IMG/VR virus record: IMGVR_UViG_3300023314_000005
Location: 1-36,869 of that record
Length of the DNA stretch: 36,869 nucleotides
Source of the DNA: a virus
Lineage: Duplodnaviria > Caudoviricetes
Direction: 5' to 3' (one strand)
In this document: positions 1 through 7,710 of the stretch, in pieces
Layout of the letters: every line of letters begins with the position of its first letter
Numbering within the stretch: the first letter of the stretch is position 1
Program-made: the position numbers and the translations under genes
Notes under the pieces: generated by a model
What the model was told of the DNA's origin: nothing
Seen by the model: only the letters and a program-made list of their open reading frames with translations
Databases searched by the model: none

Positions 1-124
1 GCGATAGTTAATAAAATTGCTACTGTTACAATTGAAATTCCTACGATGTTGTTGTAAATAAATGTTTTCATGATTTTGTGTTTTTAGTTAGTTTTTCTGA
101 TTCTGTTTTTGCGAATTGTCGTGT
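1..124. repeat. Terminal direct repeat, copy 1 (identical to 36746..36869); probably a circular-assembly overlap
   Basis: Bases 1-124 (gcgatagttaataaaattgc...gcgaattgtcgtgt) recur exactly at 36746-36869, and an ORF reads across the junction. Confidence 0.95.
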
Positions 125-223
125 TGCTTCTTTTATGCTTTCATGACCACGAACAGAGAAAGTTATATTCTCGGATTCGTTCTTTGGTCTTCCTGCTCCT
201 TTTCGTTTTCCTCCTTGTTTCAT
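68..223 (-). CDS. Small DNA-binding protein (AT-hook-like GGKRKGAGRP motif followed by a possible ribbon-helix-helix segment), 51 aa
   Basis: Hand-translated MKQGGKRKGAGRPKNESENITFSVRGHESIKEATRQFAKTESEKLTKNTKS; its stop overlaps the next ATG (ATGA); too short for the ORF track. Confidence 0.65.
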   Translation of the reverse strand: MKQGGKRKGAGRPKNESENITFSVRGHESIKEATRQFAKTESEKLTKNTKS

Positions 224-224
224 A

Positions 225-413
225 TTATTTTATTTCGAATGATTTAATTTTTTTAATGCAAAATTCACAAATATGACTAGTTTGATTATCTTTTAATTTT
301 TTTTCTATTATCCCTTTAGGGGGCTTTGACTCTGTATCAAATCTATACCCAAAAACATGTTGAAGTGATGGCTGTGATTTGCAAATATCGCATGTATAAA
401 TTATTGTTTTCAT
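225..413 (-). CDS. Hypothetical zinc-binding protein
   Basis: 62 aa with two CxxC pairs (CDIC, CEFC). Confidence 0.65.
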   Translation of the reverse strand: MKTIIYTCDICKSQPSLQHVFGYRFDTESKPPKGIIEKKLKDNQTSHICEFCIKKIKSFEIK

Positions 414-454
414 AATAAATTAAGCCTTTTTAAATCGTGCTCAGGATTATTTTA

Positions 455-670
455 TTATCTTAAATGAGATGTGTTACATTTTTCACAGTACTGAAAATAA
501 TCTCTTTTGTATGGCTCAAATTGTGTTGAAACGTTTTCGTTTGCCGGTATCGCAAAACCTTCTTCGTTACAAATTAAACTATGTAACTCGCTTACTTTAA
601 TTCCACATTGAGTATATTTCCCGCCTGCTCTTAAAAGATGGTGTTTGTTGTTGTTTCTTTTAGCTCTCAT
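455..670 (-). CDS. Hypothetical Cys/His-containing early protein
   Basis: 71 aa ORF with CEKC, first gene after a putative promoter. Confidence 0.6.
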   Translation of the reverse strand: MRAKRNNNKHHLLRAGGKYTQCGIKVSELHSLICNEEGFAIPANENVSTQFEPYKRDYFQYCEKCNTSHLR

Positions 671-709
671 GATTTCTATTTTTTAATGGTTATCGTTTTA
701 ATTCTGATG

Positions 710-747
710 TAAATATACAATGCTTATTTGAATAATTATATAAATAA
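710..747 (-). promoter_or_regulatory. Putative early promoter (-7 variant TATATTTA at 710-717) with an upstream imperfect palindrome at 724-747
   Basis: Near match to the Bacteroidota TAnnTTTG element; TTATTT-gaa-TAATTA-tat-AAATAA inverted repeat. Confidence 0.45.
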
Positions 748-802
748 TCAAAATAATCGATGAAATACACTATTTATACTAATTTTGTAAGAATATATAA
801 AC

Positions 803-831
803 AAAAAAAGCCTCGTATCTCTACGAAGCTT
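803..831 (-). terminator. Intrinsic terminator downstream of tRNA-Tyr and the lysis cassette
   Basis: Minus strand AAGCTTCGTA-GAGA-TACGAGGCTT followed by a T run. Confidence 0.8.
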
Positions 832-893
832 AATCCCCAAATCTTAAAAAATAATAATTATGAAAAATGCAGTTAACCAGACTGTTATTTTTG

Positions 894-976
894 TGGGAGC
901 AGATGGACTTGAACCACCTATCTATGCAGATTACTAGATTTACAGTCTAGCGCCTAACCAGTTCGGCATTACTCCC
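894..976 (-). tRNA. tRNA-Tyr (anticodon GTA), long variable arm, CCA not encoded
   Basis: Acceptor stem GGGAGTA/TGCTCCC, discriminator A, D-arm GCCG-AACTGGTT-AGGC, anticodon arm CTAGA-CTGTAAA-TCTAG, variable stem ATCT-GCAT-AGAT, T-arm GGTGG-TTCAAGT-CCATC. Confidence 0.93.
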
Positions 977-983
977 TTTGATT

Positions 984-991
984 CAAATATA
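984..991 (-). promoter_or_regulatory. Bacteroidota-type -7 promoter element for tRNA-Tyr
   Basis: TATATTTG 7 nt before the tRNA 5' end; TTTG about 22 nt further upstream (1014-1017). Confidence 0.6.
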
Positions 992-992
992 A

Positions 993-1553
993 TCAAATTT
1001 TCGGCACGAACGGCAAATTTTTATATTTTCTGTATATGAACCAAAGAGCTATAACAATAAAAGATATAACCAACACCAAAGGAACAACATTAAACTGCTT
1101 TTTATCTATCGCCTTTGAACTGTTTTCTTTTTTATACGTATTTACCTGTTTTATGGCTTTTTGTTCTTTAACGGCTTCTTTTTTAACCTCAGTTGTATTT
1201 GATGCGGTTTGTGTCTGAGCATTATTCTTTTTACTAACCTTTCGAATCGTTTTACTCGCATTATTCAAAACGGTTTTTGTTCCGTCTTTTTCGATTATGT
1301 AAGCCTCCTTAGATGAATCCTCAGGTTTATAAATAGTTTCTTCAGTAACACTTTCATTTTTATCGTCGGTTATGGTAGTATTAGTTGTTTTAACGTTGGT
1401 TTCTGATTGTTTTTCGATAACTGAATTGTCTTTTACTTCGGACTTAATTTCTTCCTTATAATGATCCTTTTGAACTTTTCTTGCACCACATGAACAGCAC
1501 ATCATTACAAACACTATCAATAAAGTTCCGTATATTATATTTATCTTTTTCAT
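993..1553 (-). CDS. Putative unimolecular spanin (lipoprotein with C-terminal transmembrane helix)
   Basis: MKKINIIYGTLLIVFVMMCCSCG lipoprotein-type signal, Thr/Lys/Glu-rich linker, C-terminal TM VVPLVLVISFIVIALWFIYRKYK; downstream of the endolysin; ATG 1553 is coupled (TAATG) to the upstream ORF. Confidence 0.7.
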   Translation of the reverse strand: MKKINIIYGTLLIVFVMMCCSCGARKVQKDHYKEEIKSEVKDNSVIEKQSETNVKTTNTTITDDKNESVTEETIYKPEDSSKEAYIIEKDGTKTVLNNASKTIRKVSKKNNAQTQTASNTTEVKKEAVKEQKAIKQVNTYKKENSSKAIDKKQFNVVPLVLVISFIVIALWFIYRKYKNLPFVPKI

Positions 1554-1705
1554 TATATCCACGGTTTAGTTAAATTCCCCCATCGCTGTACTTTGCATGA
1601 CCAAACCCAATAAGTACTATATGACACGCTTTTAAATTCGTTCCATACGAATAAGCCAAACCAATATAAAAACCAGGTTGCCGGATATGCTATTAGTTTT
1701 TTCAT
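1553..1705 (-). CDS. Small Trp-rich, probably membrane-associated protein, 50 aa
   Basis: Hand-translated MKKLIAYPATWFLYWFGLFVWNEFKSVSYSTYWVWSCKVQRWGNLTKPWI; start/stop overlaps on both sides. Confidence 0.55.
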   Translation of the reverse strand: MKKLIAYPATWFLYWFGLFVWNEFKSVSYSTYWVWSCKVQRWGNLTKPWI

Positions 1706-1881
1706 GATTCAAATTGTGTTGTATTAAAAATATAATCAATTTTATTTTTTGGCTTATAAAGATTGCCCGATGTTTTTCTTTTATCTTTTACTACACAATA
1801 ATATTCATGAGCCCAATATTTAACAAACCCCAAAACATCAACTCCAATATTAAAATAAGTAATAGCTATAATTGTTTTCAT
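1702..1881 (-). CDS. Small hypothetical protein, 59 aa
   Basis: Hand-translated MKTIIAITYFNIGVDVLGFVKYWAHEYY...QFES; ATGA overlaps with the endolysin stop and with the next start. Confidence 0.55.
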   Translation of the reverse strand: MKTIIAITYFNIGVDVLGFVKYWAHEYYCVVKDKRKTSGNLYKPKNKIDYIFNTTQFES

Positions 1882-2312
1882 AATTGAAAATATTGTTTAA
1901 CCTCACTTTTACGGCGCCCTACCAATTCTTTATTCTTAGTCCACATCATAAACGCGTTGCCTATTTTTCTATCGTTAGGATCTGCATTTACAAATCTCAA
2001 TACTGTACTATTCTTAAATCCATTAATACCGATATTATAAGCCAATGAAACTAAAGCGTTAAATTGATTCTGATTTACTTTTGATTTTACCAACTGATTT
2101 ACTTTTGAAGCAAAGTATTGAGCTGTAATATTTCCAAGTTCAGTTGCTTGCTCTAAAGTAAGTGGCTTATCGTTCATTGTAACCTTTCTTTCGTCTAAAT
2201 AGTAAGTGTTTCCCATTGCTATAGTAGGGACTCCTTGAGTGTCTAAATAAGGCTTTAAACGTAATCCTTCTCTTTCGTGTAGTGCTTTTAATCCGTTTTC
2301 GTCTAATTTCAT
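1878..2312 (-). CDS. Endolysin, GH24 (T4 lysozyme-like) muramidase
   Basis: E-x8-D-x5-T catalytic motif (EGLRLKPYLDTQGVPT), QNQFNALVSLAYNIG and RRKSE motifs. Confidence 0.93.
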   Translation of the reverse strand: MKLDENGLKALHEREGLRLKPYLDTQGVPTIAMGNTYYLDERKVTMNDKPLTLEQATELGNITAQYFASKVNQLVKSKVNQNQFNALVSLAYNIGINGFKNSTVLRFVNADPNDRKIGNAFMMWTKNKELVGRRKSEVKQYFQL

Positions 2313-2515
2313 TTCTTTAGGTTTTCGTGGTTTATGTTTTTTAATCCGTCTTTGAATTTTTTATAATTTTCTACTGCATCATTTTCTGCGGTCTTTCGGG
2401 TGAGTTTATCAAAAACTTCATCTCCTCTCTTAAGCGCATTATCAATTGACTGCATTATAATTCGCCTACATTCAAGTTCTTTATTGTCCGGTTCTGTAAT
2501 TACTAAAGTACACAT
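2309..2515 (-). CDS. Hypothetical protein in the lysis cassette
   Basis: 68 aa, stop overlaps the endolysin start. Confidence 0.6.
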   Translation of the reverse strand: MCTLVITEPDNKELECRRIIMQSIDNALKRGDEVFDKLTRKTAENDAVENYKKFKDGLKNINHENLKK

Positions 2516-2519
2516 AGCC

Positions 2520-2801
2520 TTATTTTTTTGATTCCACTAATAAATCAATCATCTTATCCATTTTATTAACGAACTGATTGTAAGAGTTGCAAACATTTGT
2601 TAATTGTTCATTTGAGCTTCTTAGTTCATTTATAAATAATTCGTTTTTAGCTTCAAGTCTCTTATACAAATCTTCGTGTTTTTTATACAAAAAGACTACA
2701 ACACCAGAAAGAGTAATAATGCCCGTTATTAAAGCCGTATTTAAATCAACAAAATTATGAGCCAGTTCGGCTGTTGGACTTGTAGCTATTTGTAGAATCA
2801 T
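2520..2801 (-). CDS. Single-TM coiled-coil protein, holin or antiholin candidate
   Basis: TM segment ALITGIITLSGVVVFLY followed by a heptad-like region; lysis context. Confidence 0.55.
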   Translation of the reverse strand: MILQIATSPTAELAHNFVDLNTALITGIITLSGVVVFLYKKHEDLYKRLEAKNELFINELRSSNEQLTNVCNSYNQFVNKMDKMIDLLVESKK

Positions 2802-3175
2802 TTTTTAAGCATTTTTTCGACAATAACAATTGCGAATATTAACAAAGTTACTGAAAAAACAGTTATCTCATATAGCTGTCCGTAAAGTTCATAATACTTC
2901 GGATAAAATTCATTACATAATATGTTGCCAATGTTTATAAAAATCATAGATATTGGTAGTTTTTTAGTAAGCCAACAATACCTTTTATTAAATGTAAATC
3001 GTTCAATAAATATAATATCACAAGCAATAGAGAAACCTCCGCCGTTACCCCATGTAACAAAATCAAACTTATATCCGAACCATGGAACCATAATAGACAA
3101 AACACTTACTCCCATCATAAAATACAGGAGTAAGTGAACTGTTTGACTTAAGAAGTGATGAAAATACTTTTGCAT
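2798..3175 (-). CDS. Multi-pass membrane protein in the lysis cassette
   Basis: 3-4 hydrophobic segments in 125 aa. Confidence 0.6.
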   Translation of the reverse strand: MQKYFHHFLSQTVHLLLYFMMGVSVLSIMVPWFGYKFDFVTWGNGGGFSIACDIIFIERFTFNKRYCWLTKKLPISMIFINIGNILCNEFYPKYYELYGQLYEITVFSVTLLIFAIVIVEKMLKK

Positions 3176-3178
3176 AAA

Positions 3179-3592
3179 TTATGGATTTGGCGGCGGTGGG
3201 TTCTTAATGCCTCCTCCTCCTATTGGTTCGTCCATCACTATATTATCAGCAATATCAGTCTTTTTATCAATTACATTGTTAATGTATTGTTTTCCTCTAC
3301 TAAATACTTTTTGGGCAATATAAGACCCGAAGAAGCCCATTAAACCAAATGTAGTCCTAATAAAGTCAATTATTTTAGGATACTTAGAAACTACTTCCCC
3401 AAAAATTAAATACCATAAAAAAACCATTGCGACCGACATTGCAATCCCTATAGCGTCCTTATTTAGATAATCCTTAACTGTGAAATTTATATTCGCTTTT
3501 TTAGCGTCTATAATTAATGAATTTGCTTTTATGCAACAGTGAATAAATACACCCAAAAAGCCGCATGCGAATAAAATTAAAATGTTTTCCAT
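3179..3592 (-). CDS. Putative holin (about 3 TM) with a Gly/Pro-rich C-terminal tail
   Basis: Three hydrophobic segments; ends MDEPIGGGGIKNPPPPNP; first gene after the tail genes. Confidence 0.55.
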   Translation of the reverse strand: MENILILFACGFLGVFIHCCIKANSLIIDAKKANINFTVKDYLNKDAIGIAMSVAMVFLWYLIFGEVVSKYPKIIDFIRTTFGLMGFFGSYIAQKVFSRGKQYINNVIDKKTDIADNIVMDEPIGGGGIKNPPPPNP

Positions 3593-3598
3593 ATTGTT

Positions 3599-4093
3599 TT
3601 ATTTTTCTGTTACTAAAATATCCACCAAAGCGCCATTTACATTTTGCCATGTTGGTAATAAACCAACTACATCAACCCTATTTCTAACGGTTACTGTCAC
3701 ACTTGTAGTGGTGGGTGTCCCTATTTTTATAATTTGTGAATCTGAAGCATTTATAATATTTGCTTGCACATTTGGCGGTATTGAGTAAGTCTTTGCAAAT
3801 GTAAATACATAAACCCCACTTGAATTAGTTATTCCGCTTGACTTTTCAGGGATTGAATTCAATGGAATAAAACTTTTTCTTAAAAAACGCCCTGGACTTC
3901 CGGGTAAAGCTGTTAATGATAAAACAGAAACATTGTTATCTGTTGCTGTTGATAAATTATCCCATACCCATATTTCAGGCAAAATATCTCCTGTTGCTGA
4001 AATACCAGTAACAACGATAGGTTGATCTACTGTTGCACCTACATAACCTCTTAAATCCGCTCTTAAATTAGCGGTCAAACATAATTGTAACAT
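3599..4093 (-). CDS. Tail tip or fibre-associated protein
   Basis: N-terminal half has a tailspike-N-terminal-like pattern (GD...WVWD..STATDNN...GRF.R); C-terminal beta-rich domain (FTFAKTYSIPPNVQ). Confidence 0.55.
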   Translation of the reverse strand: MLQLCLTANLRADLRGYVGATVDQPIVVTGISATGDILPEIWVWDNLSTATDNNVSVLSLTALPGSPGRFLRKSFIPLNSIPEKSSGITNSSGVYVFTFAKTYSIPPNVQANIINASDSQIIKIGTPTTTSVTVTVRNRVDVVGLLPTWQNVNGALVDILVTEK

Positions 4094-4100
4094 ATAAAAA

Positions 4101-6449
4101 TTATTTTAAAACTTTAACCTTAAAAGTAGAGCTTGCTGGGTCAACTGCGGCTAAACTCATGTTTATAAATCTAATCGTAACAGTATCGGCGGCACTAACA
4201 TAAGCATAATACATGCATCCAGCAGCAGGAACCGAAGAACCTAACGAAATAACGTCACCAACTACCGAACCTACAACTGATAATGTTAATGATGATTGAG
4301 CATTTGCAGCAGTACTAGGAAAATCTAAAGTCCCAGAACTAGTTAATATAGTATTAACAGAACCGTCTGCAACTAATAACTGTGAACTTGTACCCCCTAT
4401 TTTTACATAATTACCGTTTTGATCTATTTTAGAAGTTGTTACGTTATTTTTAGAAAATTGTAATAAGTCCCCTGAACTCCCTGTTTGGCTGTTTAAAACT
4501 TGAGATACACCGTTGGAAACATTGTTTATTATAATCCCTAATCCTGTACTATTATTAGTTATACTTATTCCGTTTGACGCTGTAGCGGTAGAAACACCAA
4601 TAGCGGCAACTCCAGAGGTTGAACTTGAAAAATTCTTTTGTCCGGTAATCGACTGCGTTCCTGTTAATTTTACATTATTCCCGTCAGCAGTATCAAACTC
4701 ACCCTTACGCATAAAATGAGCTGAATTTGAAGCAGCTAAACTTCCAGAAGCGTTTCCGGTAACTTGCAAAGTTCCGTTTGAAGCATCCGTTGTTGATCCA
4801 ATTATAAAATTTCCTGCAGCACTCAATCTCATTCTTTCATTCCATGTACTGGCACCGCTTCTTTGACCCCAAACCAATATACTTTCATAGTTTGTAGACG
4901 TATTTATTAATCCGAAATATCCTTGTGCTGATTGAGTATTGGCGTTGCTCGTTCCTAATCTTATAATGGCGGAAGTATTATCTGTATTACTCGAATTATT
5001 GATGTAAAAATCTCCGGCAGCGTTAATTCCCGTTCCGGTTGCAGCATAAGCCGTTGTAAACGCACTATAGAAAAAATGTTTTATTCCGGTGTTTCCCAGA
5101 CCTCCATACCCTATATTTCCGTTACGCAAAATCTCGAATAGATTTGCGGAATTTCTTTTAAAAGTATATGCTGGACTTGTAAATATCGTATAATCACTAT
5201 CGTCGAGTCTCCTTACATTAAATATCATGTCAGGAGCGGCATTAACGTCACTTGTCGCAGATTGTATGTATAGACCAGTATTGACGTCACTTTTACTTAC
5301 TATTGTGGGTGTATAACTAGTTCCTCCTCCATTTGCAAATGAAATAGAGCCATTTTGCTGATTAACTATATCTACAGTCGTTGTGGTTGTTCCTGTATTA
5401 ATATTCAATTTTCCGACTGGCGTTGTTGTTGAAACGCCAACACTTGTGCCATTGTCATAAATTTGACTTTGTTTTTGTGTTCTTGTTCCCGTCCATTTTG
5501 GCACATAATTTACAGAACCTTCGGCTAGTGCATTCAATTCCATGTATGCGTGGATAGCTTCGTCAGTCGGTAAAACTTCGCATAAATTTTCGTCCGATTT
5601 TGTTTTTAAGTACGCCAAAATATCCCTTAAATCAGCTTCGGTCAAATATGGTGTAGTGTCCGGATTAAGATAAGTTGATGGTAAATGGTGACCGTAAAAA
5701 ACAATCAGCTTTCCGTTGGTGATTGCGTCGTCAATAATTGCTTTTACATTAGCCAAATTGTGATTAGCCATTGCCGACTCTAAACCGACACGGCTCATTC
5801 TTAAAGGGTCTACAGTTTCATTAAATGCACCCCCCGTATTTGTAAAAGCATATCCAAAATTTTTGTCAACTAAAGGATAAAAACTTGAATGTAGAGTAGA
5901 GTTAGGCGTTACCCAGCCACTCACTCGCATGCCATAAGCCTCTATTGCTTTCTTAGAATTTACCATTTGTATATTGACGTTCGCATAACTTATTGATGTT
6001 GTGCTCATGTCCGGGTGCGATACTGAATGTGCCAAAATTGAACAACCCTTTTGATACAAATCTACGTATAAGTCCTTATTCGTTCCGTTCAGTACGTCGG
6101 TTTTTAACGCATAGCTAGGTAAATAGCCAAAATCCTGAAAAACATTATAGACCAATTGATCAGAATCCTGCAAATCATCCCAAATGAACGAAAACACCGC
6201 TTTACGTTTTGCACGGTAAATTATTTTGTTTGAGTTGTAGATTTTAAGTGCGTTTGTTTTACTTAAAAATGGTAAATTGACAGGATCAATTTTTGATTGC
6301 ACTCCTGTTGCTTCAGTTCCTGTTAAAAAATTAACGCTTGTAACTGTTGGACTGTTTTTTATGGTAACAATTCCGAAAGTAGGGTTTTGAAGCGTTTGAG
6401 CTTGCAAATATCCTGTAATAAATAATAGTATTAAAATTAATTTTTTCAT
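4101..6449 (-). CDS. Tail fibre / receptor-binding-like protein with an N-terminal signal peptide and a NodB (CE4) polysaccharide deacetylase domain
   Basis: MKKLILILLFITGYLQA-Q signal-like start; CE4 motifs FIWDD, AHSVSH, VFYGHH; fibre motifs NYVPKWTG..SQIYDNGTSVG, ERMRLSAAGNFIIG, GGTSSQLLVADGS; position in the tail module. Confidence 0.7.
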   Translation of the reverse strand: MKKLILILLFITGYLQAQTLQNPTFGIVTIKNSPTVTSVNFLTGTEATGVQSKIDPVNLPFLSKTNALKIYNSNKIIYRAKRKAVFSFIWDDLQDSDQLVYNVFQDFGYLPSYALKTDVLNGTNKDLYVDLYQKGCSILAHSVSHPDMSTTSISYANVNIQMVNSKKAIEAYGMRVSGWVTPNSTLHSSFYPLVDKNFGYAFTNTGGAFNETVDPLRMSRVGLESAMANHNLANVKAIIDDAITNGKLIVFYGHHLPSTYLNPDTTPYLTEADLRDILAYLKTKSDENLCEVLPTDEAIHAYMELNALAEGSVNYVPKWTGTRTQKQSQIYDNGTSVGVSTTTPVGKLNINTGTTTTTVDIVNQQNGSISFANGGGTSYTPTIVSKSDVNTGLYIQSATSDVNAAPDMIFNVRRLDDSDYTIFTSPAYTFKRNSANLFEILRNGNIGYGGLGNTGIKHFFYSAFTTAYAATGTGINAAGDFYINNSSNTDNTSAIIRLGTSNANTQSAQGYFGLINTSTNYESILVWGQRSGASTWNERMRLSAAGNFIIGSTTDASNGTLQVTGNASGSLAASNSAHFMRKGEFDTADGNNVKLTGTQSITGQKNFSSSTSGVAAIGVSTATASNGISITNNSTGLGIIINNVSNGVSQVLNSQTGSSGDLLQFSKNNVTTSKIDQNGNYVKIGGTSSQLLVADGSVNTILTSSGTLDFPSTAANAQSSLTLSVVGSVVGDVISLGSSVPAAGCMYYAYVSAADTVTIRFINMSLAAVDPASSTFKVKVLK

Positions 6450-6451
6450 TT

Positions 6452-7123
6452 TTAAACGTATTGAATTAAAGCCCCTAGTTCAGGGACAAAGTTTAATGTT
6501 ATAGTAGAACCTGATTGTATCCAAACATCGCTGTCCTGAATAACAGAATTATAAAACACTTGCTTAACTATAGCATTTGTTCCTATATTAAAAGCACTAG
6601 CAACACCGTCCCCCGTACTTTTTAATTTAGCAGGCAATATAATTGTAGGAGCAGGTAAATCTGACACATTTAATTTTAAAGCCAAAGCATTATAAACAGC
6701 GTTTTCACTTGGAGCGGTAGCATAGTAACCGCTTCTTATTGCTTGAACTATTCCCAATACTTCAGCCGATATTGGTATTTGAACCGCTAAACTCCAATAA
6801 CTACCATTTGAAGTTAAAGCGTTTAATTCTTCGGTAGTTGTAATTGAAGAACCGCCTCCTACATTGTTAAATGTTCCTTTACCAACAAGCATCCATTCGT
6901 TTTTATCTGTTGCAGGAAGTGTTCCTCCGTCTGGCACAGTAGTTGGATTAAAAGCCAAGCTATCCGAAGTTCCTAAATATCCACCAATAAAATCAGCTAA
7001 TTCCTGAACTGTGCCCCTTGTTAATGTTTCGCCTTTTTCATGAGGAATTTTGTCTGATAAATCAAACACGTCTGGAGGCAATTCGCCTACTCTTTTAGTG
7101 GTTATAACGTTTGGATCTATCAT
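6452..7123 (-). CDS. Tail tip / fibre adaptor protein
   Basis: Tail context; APSENAVY fibre-type motif; N-terminus similar to 7120..7707. Confidence 0.55.
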   Translation of the reverse strand: MIDPNVITTKRVGELPPDVFDLSDKIPHEKGETLTRGTVQELADFIGGYLGTSDSLAFNPTTVPDGGTLPATDKNEWMLVGKGTFNNVGGGSSITTTEELNALTSNGSYWSLAVQIPISAEVLGIVQAIRSGYYATAPSENAVYNALALKLNVSDLPAPTIILPAKLKSTGDGVASAFNIGTNAIVKQVFYNSVIQDSDVWIQSGSTITLNFVPELGALIQYV

Positions 7124-7707
7124 AATCTCATTATTGCTAAAACAACCATTGAAGGCTGCATATTATTGTGTGCTAAACCTCCACCAGTATCAGAGGTATC
7201 CGAATTTTGAGCCCATAAAAAAACATTAGTTTCTAATCCGTCTGTACCGCTTCCTGGTCCTCCGAAACCGTTTCCTTTATGGTTGTGTGGAGGTATTTCA
7301 TTAACTGTCAAAACATGTTCTTCCTCCCCTAAATAAGCACCTATAATACCATGATTTGCGCCATATCCTATAAGTGTTTGACCGTCCAAATTATCAGTCC
7401 CGTTATTTCCGTTGCATATTTGCCAACCATTCCATAAACCGTCAACTTTTCCTTTCCCTTGGTTCGCTCCTGGTGTCATGTCAAAATTAGCATTAATGTA
7501 TGCTGCGCCATCACCCGGAGGTCTAATGTATTTAATCTCGTATTGATAACTTATTGATTGTGCTTGTAAATAAAGCACTAATTCCGCTACTGTAGTACGG
7601 CATAATTGATCTCCAACCTCATGAACCAATATACTATCATTAGTTATCTCTGAAGGAGGTAAATCTTTTGCCTGTACCGTCGTTATATCTGCAGGATTTA
7701 TAGCCAT
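7120..7707 (-). CDS. Tail collar-domain / baseplate protein
   Basis: GWQICNG.NGT.NL.G, GEEEHVLTVNEIPPHNH and GGGLAHNNMQP motifs typical of tail-collar proteins. Confidence 0.75.
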   Translation of the reverse strand: MAINPADITTVQAKDLPPSEITNDSILVHEVGDQLCRTTVAELVLYLQAQSISYQYEIKYIRPPGDGAAYINANFDMTPGANQGKGKVDGLWNGWQICNGNNGTDNLDGQTLIGYGANHGIIGAYLGEEEHVLTVNEIPPHNHKGNGFGGPGSGTDGLETNVFLWAQNSDTSDTGGGLAHNNMQPSMVVLAIMRL

Positions 7708-7710
7708 ATA

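Noticed and set aside
1-124. 124-bp repeat as physical terminal repeats of the virion DNA
   Set aside because: It cuts through coupled ORFs and lies far from the terminase genes; an assembly overlap of a circular contig is simpler. Reads are needed to decide
679-692. TAACCATTAAAAA shared by two 5' UTRs (about 680 and 23772)
   Set aside because: Consistent with ordinary A-rich Bacteroidota leaders in an AT-rich genome
894-976. tRNA as a suppressor tRNA or as an attP site
   Set aside because: Anticodon is GTA (Tyr), genes read through intact with the standard code, and no integrase is visible
4101-7707. Diversity-generating retroelement or invertible fibre cassette
   Set aside because: No reverse transcriptase or invertase, and no template/variable repeat pair noticed
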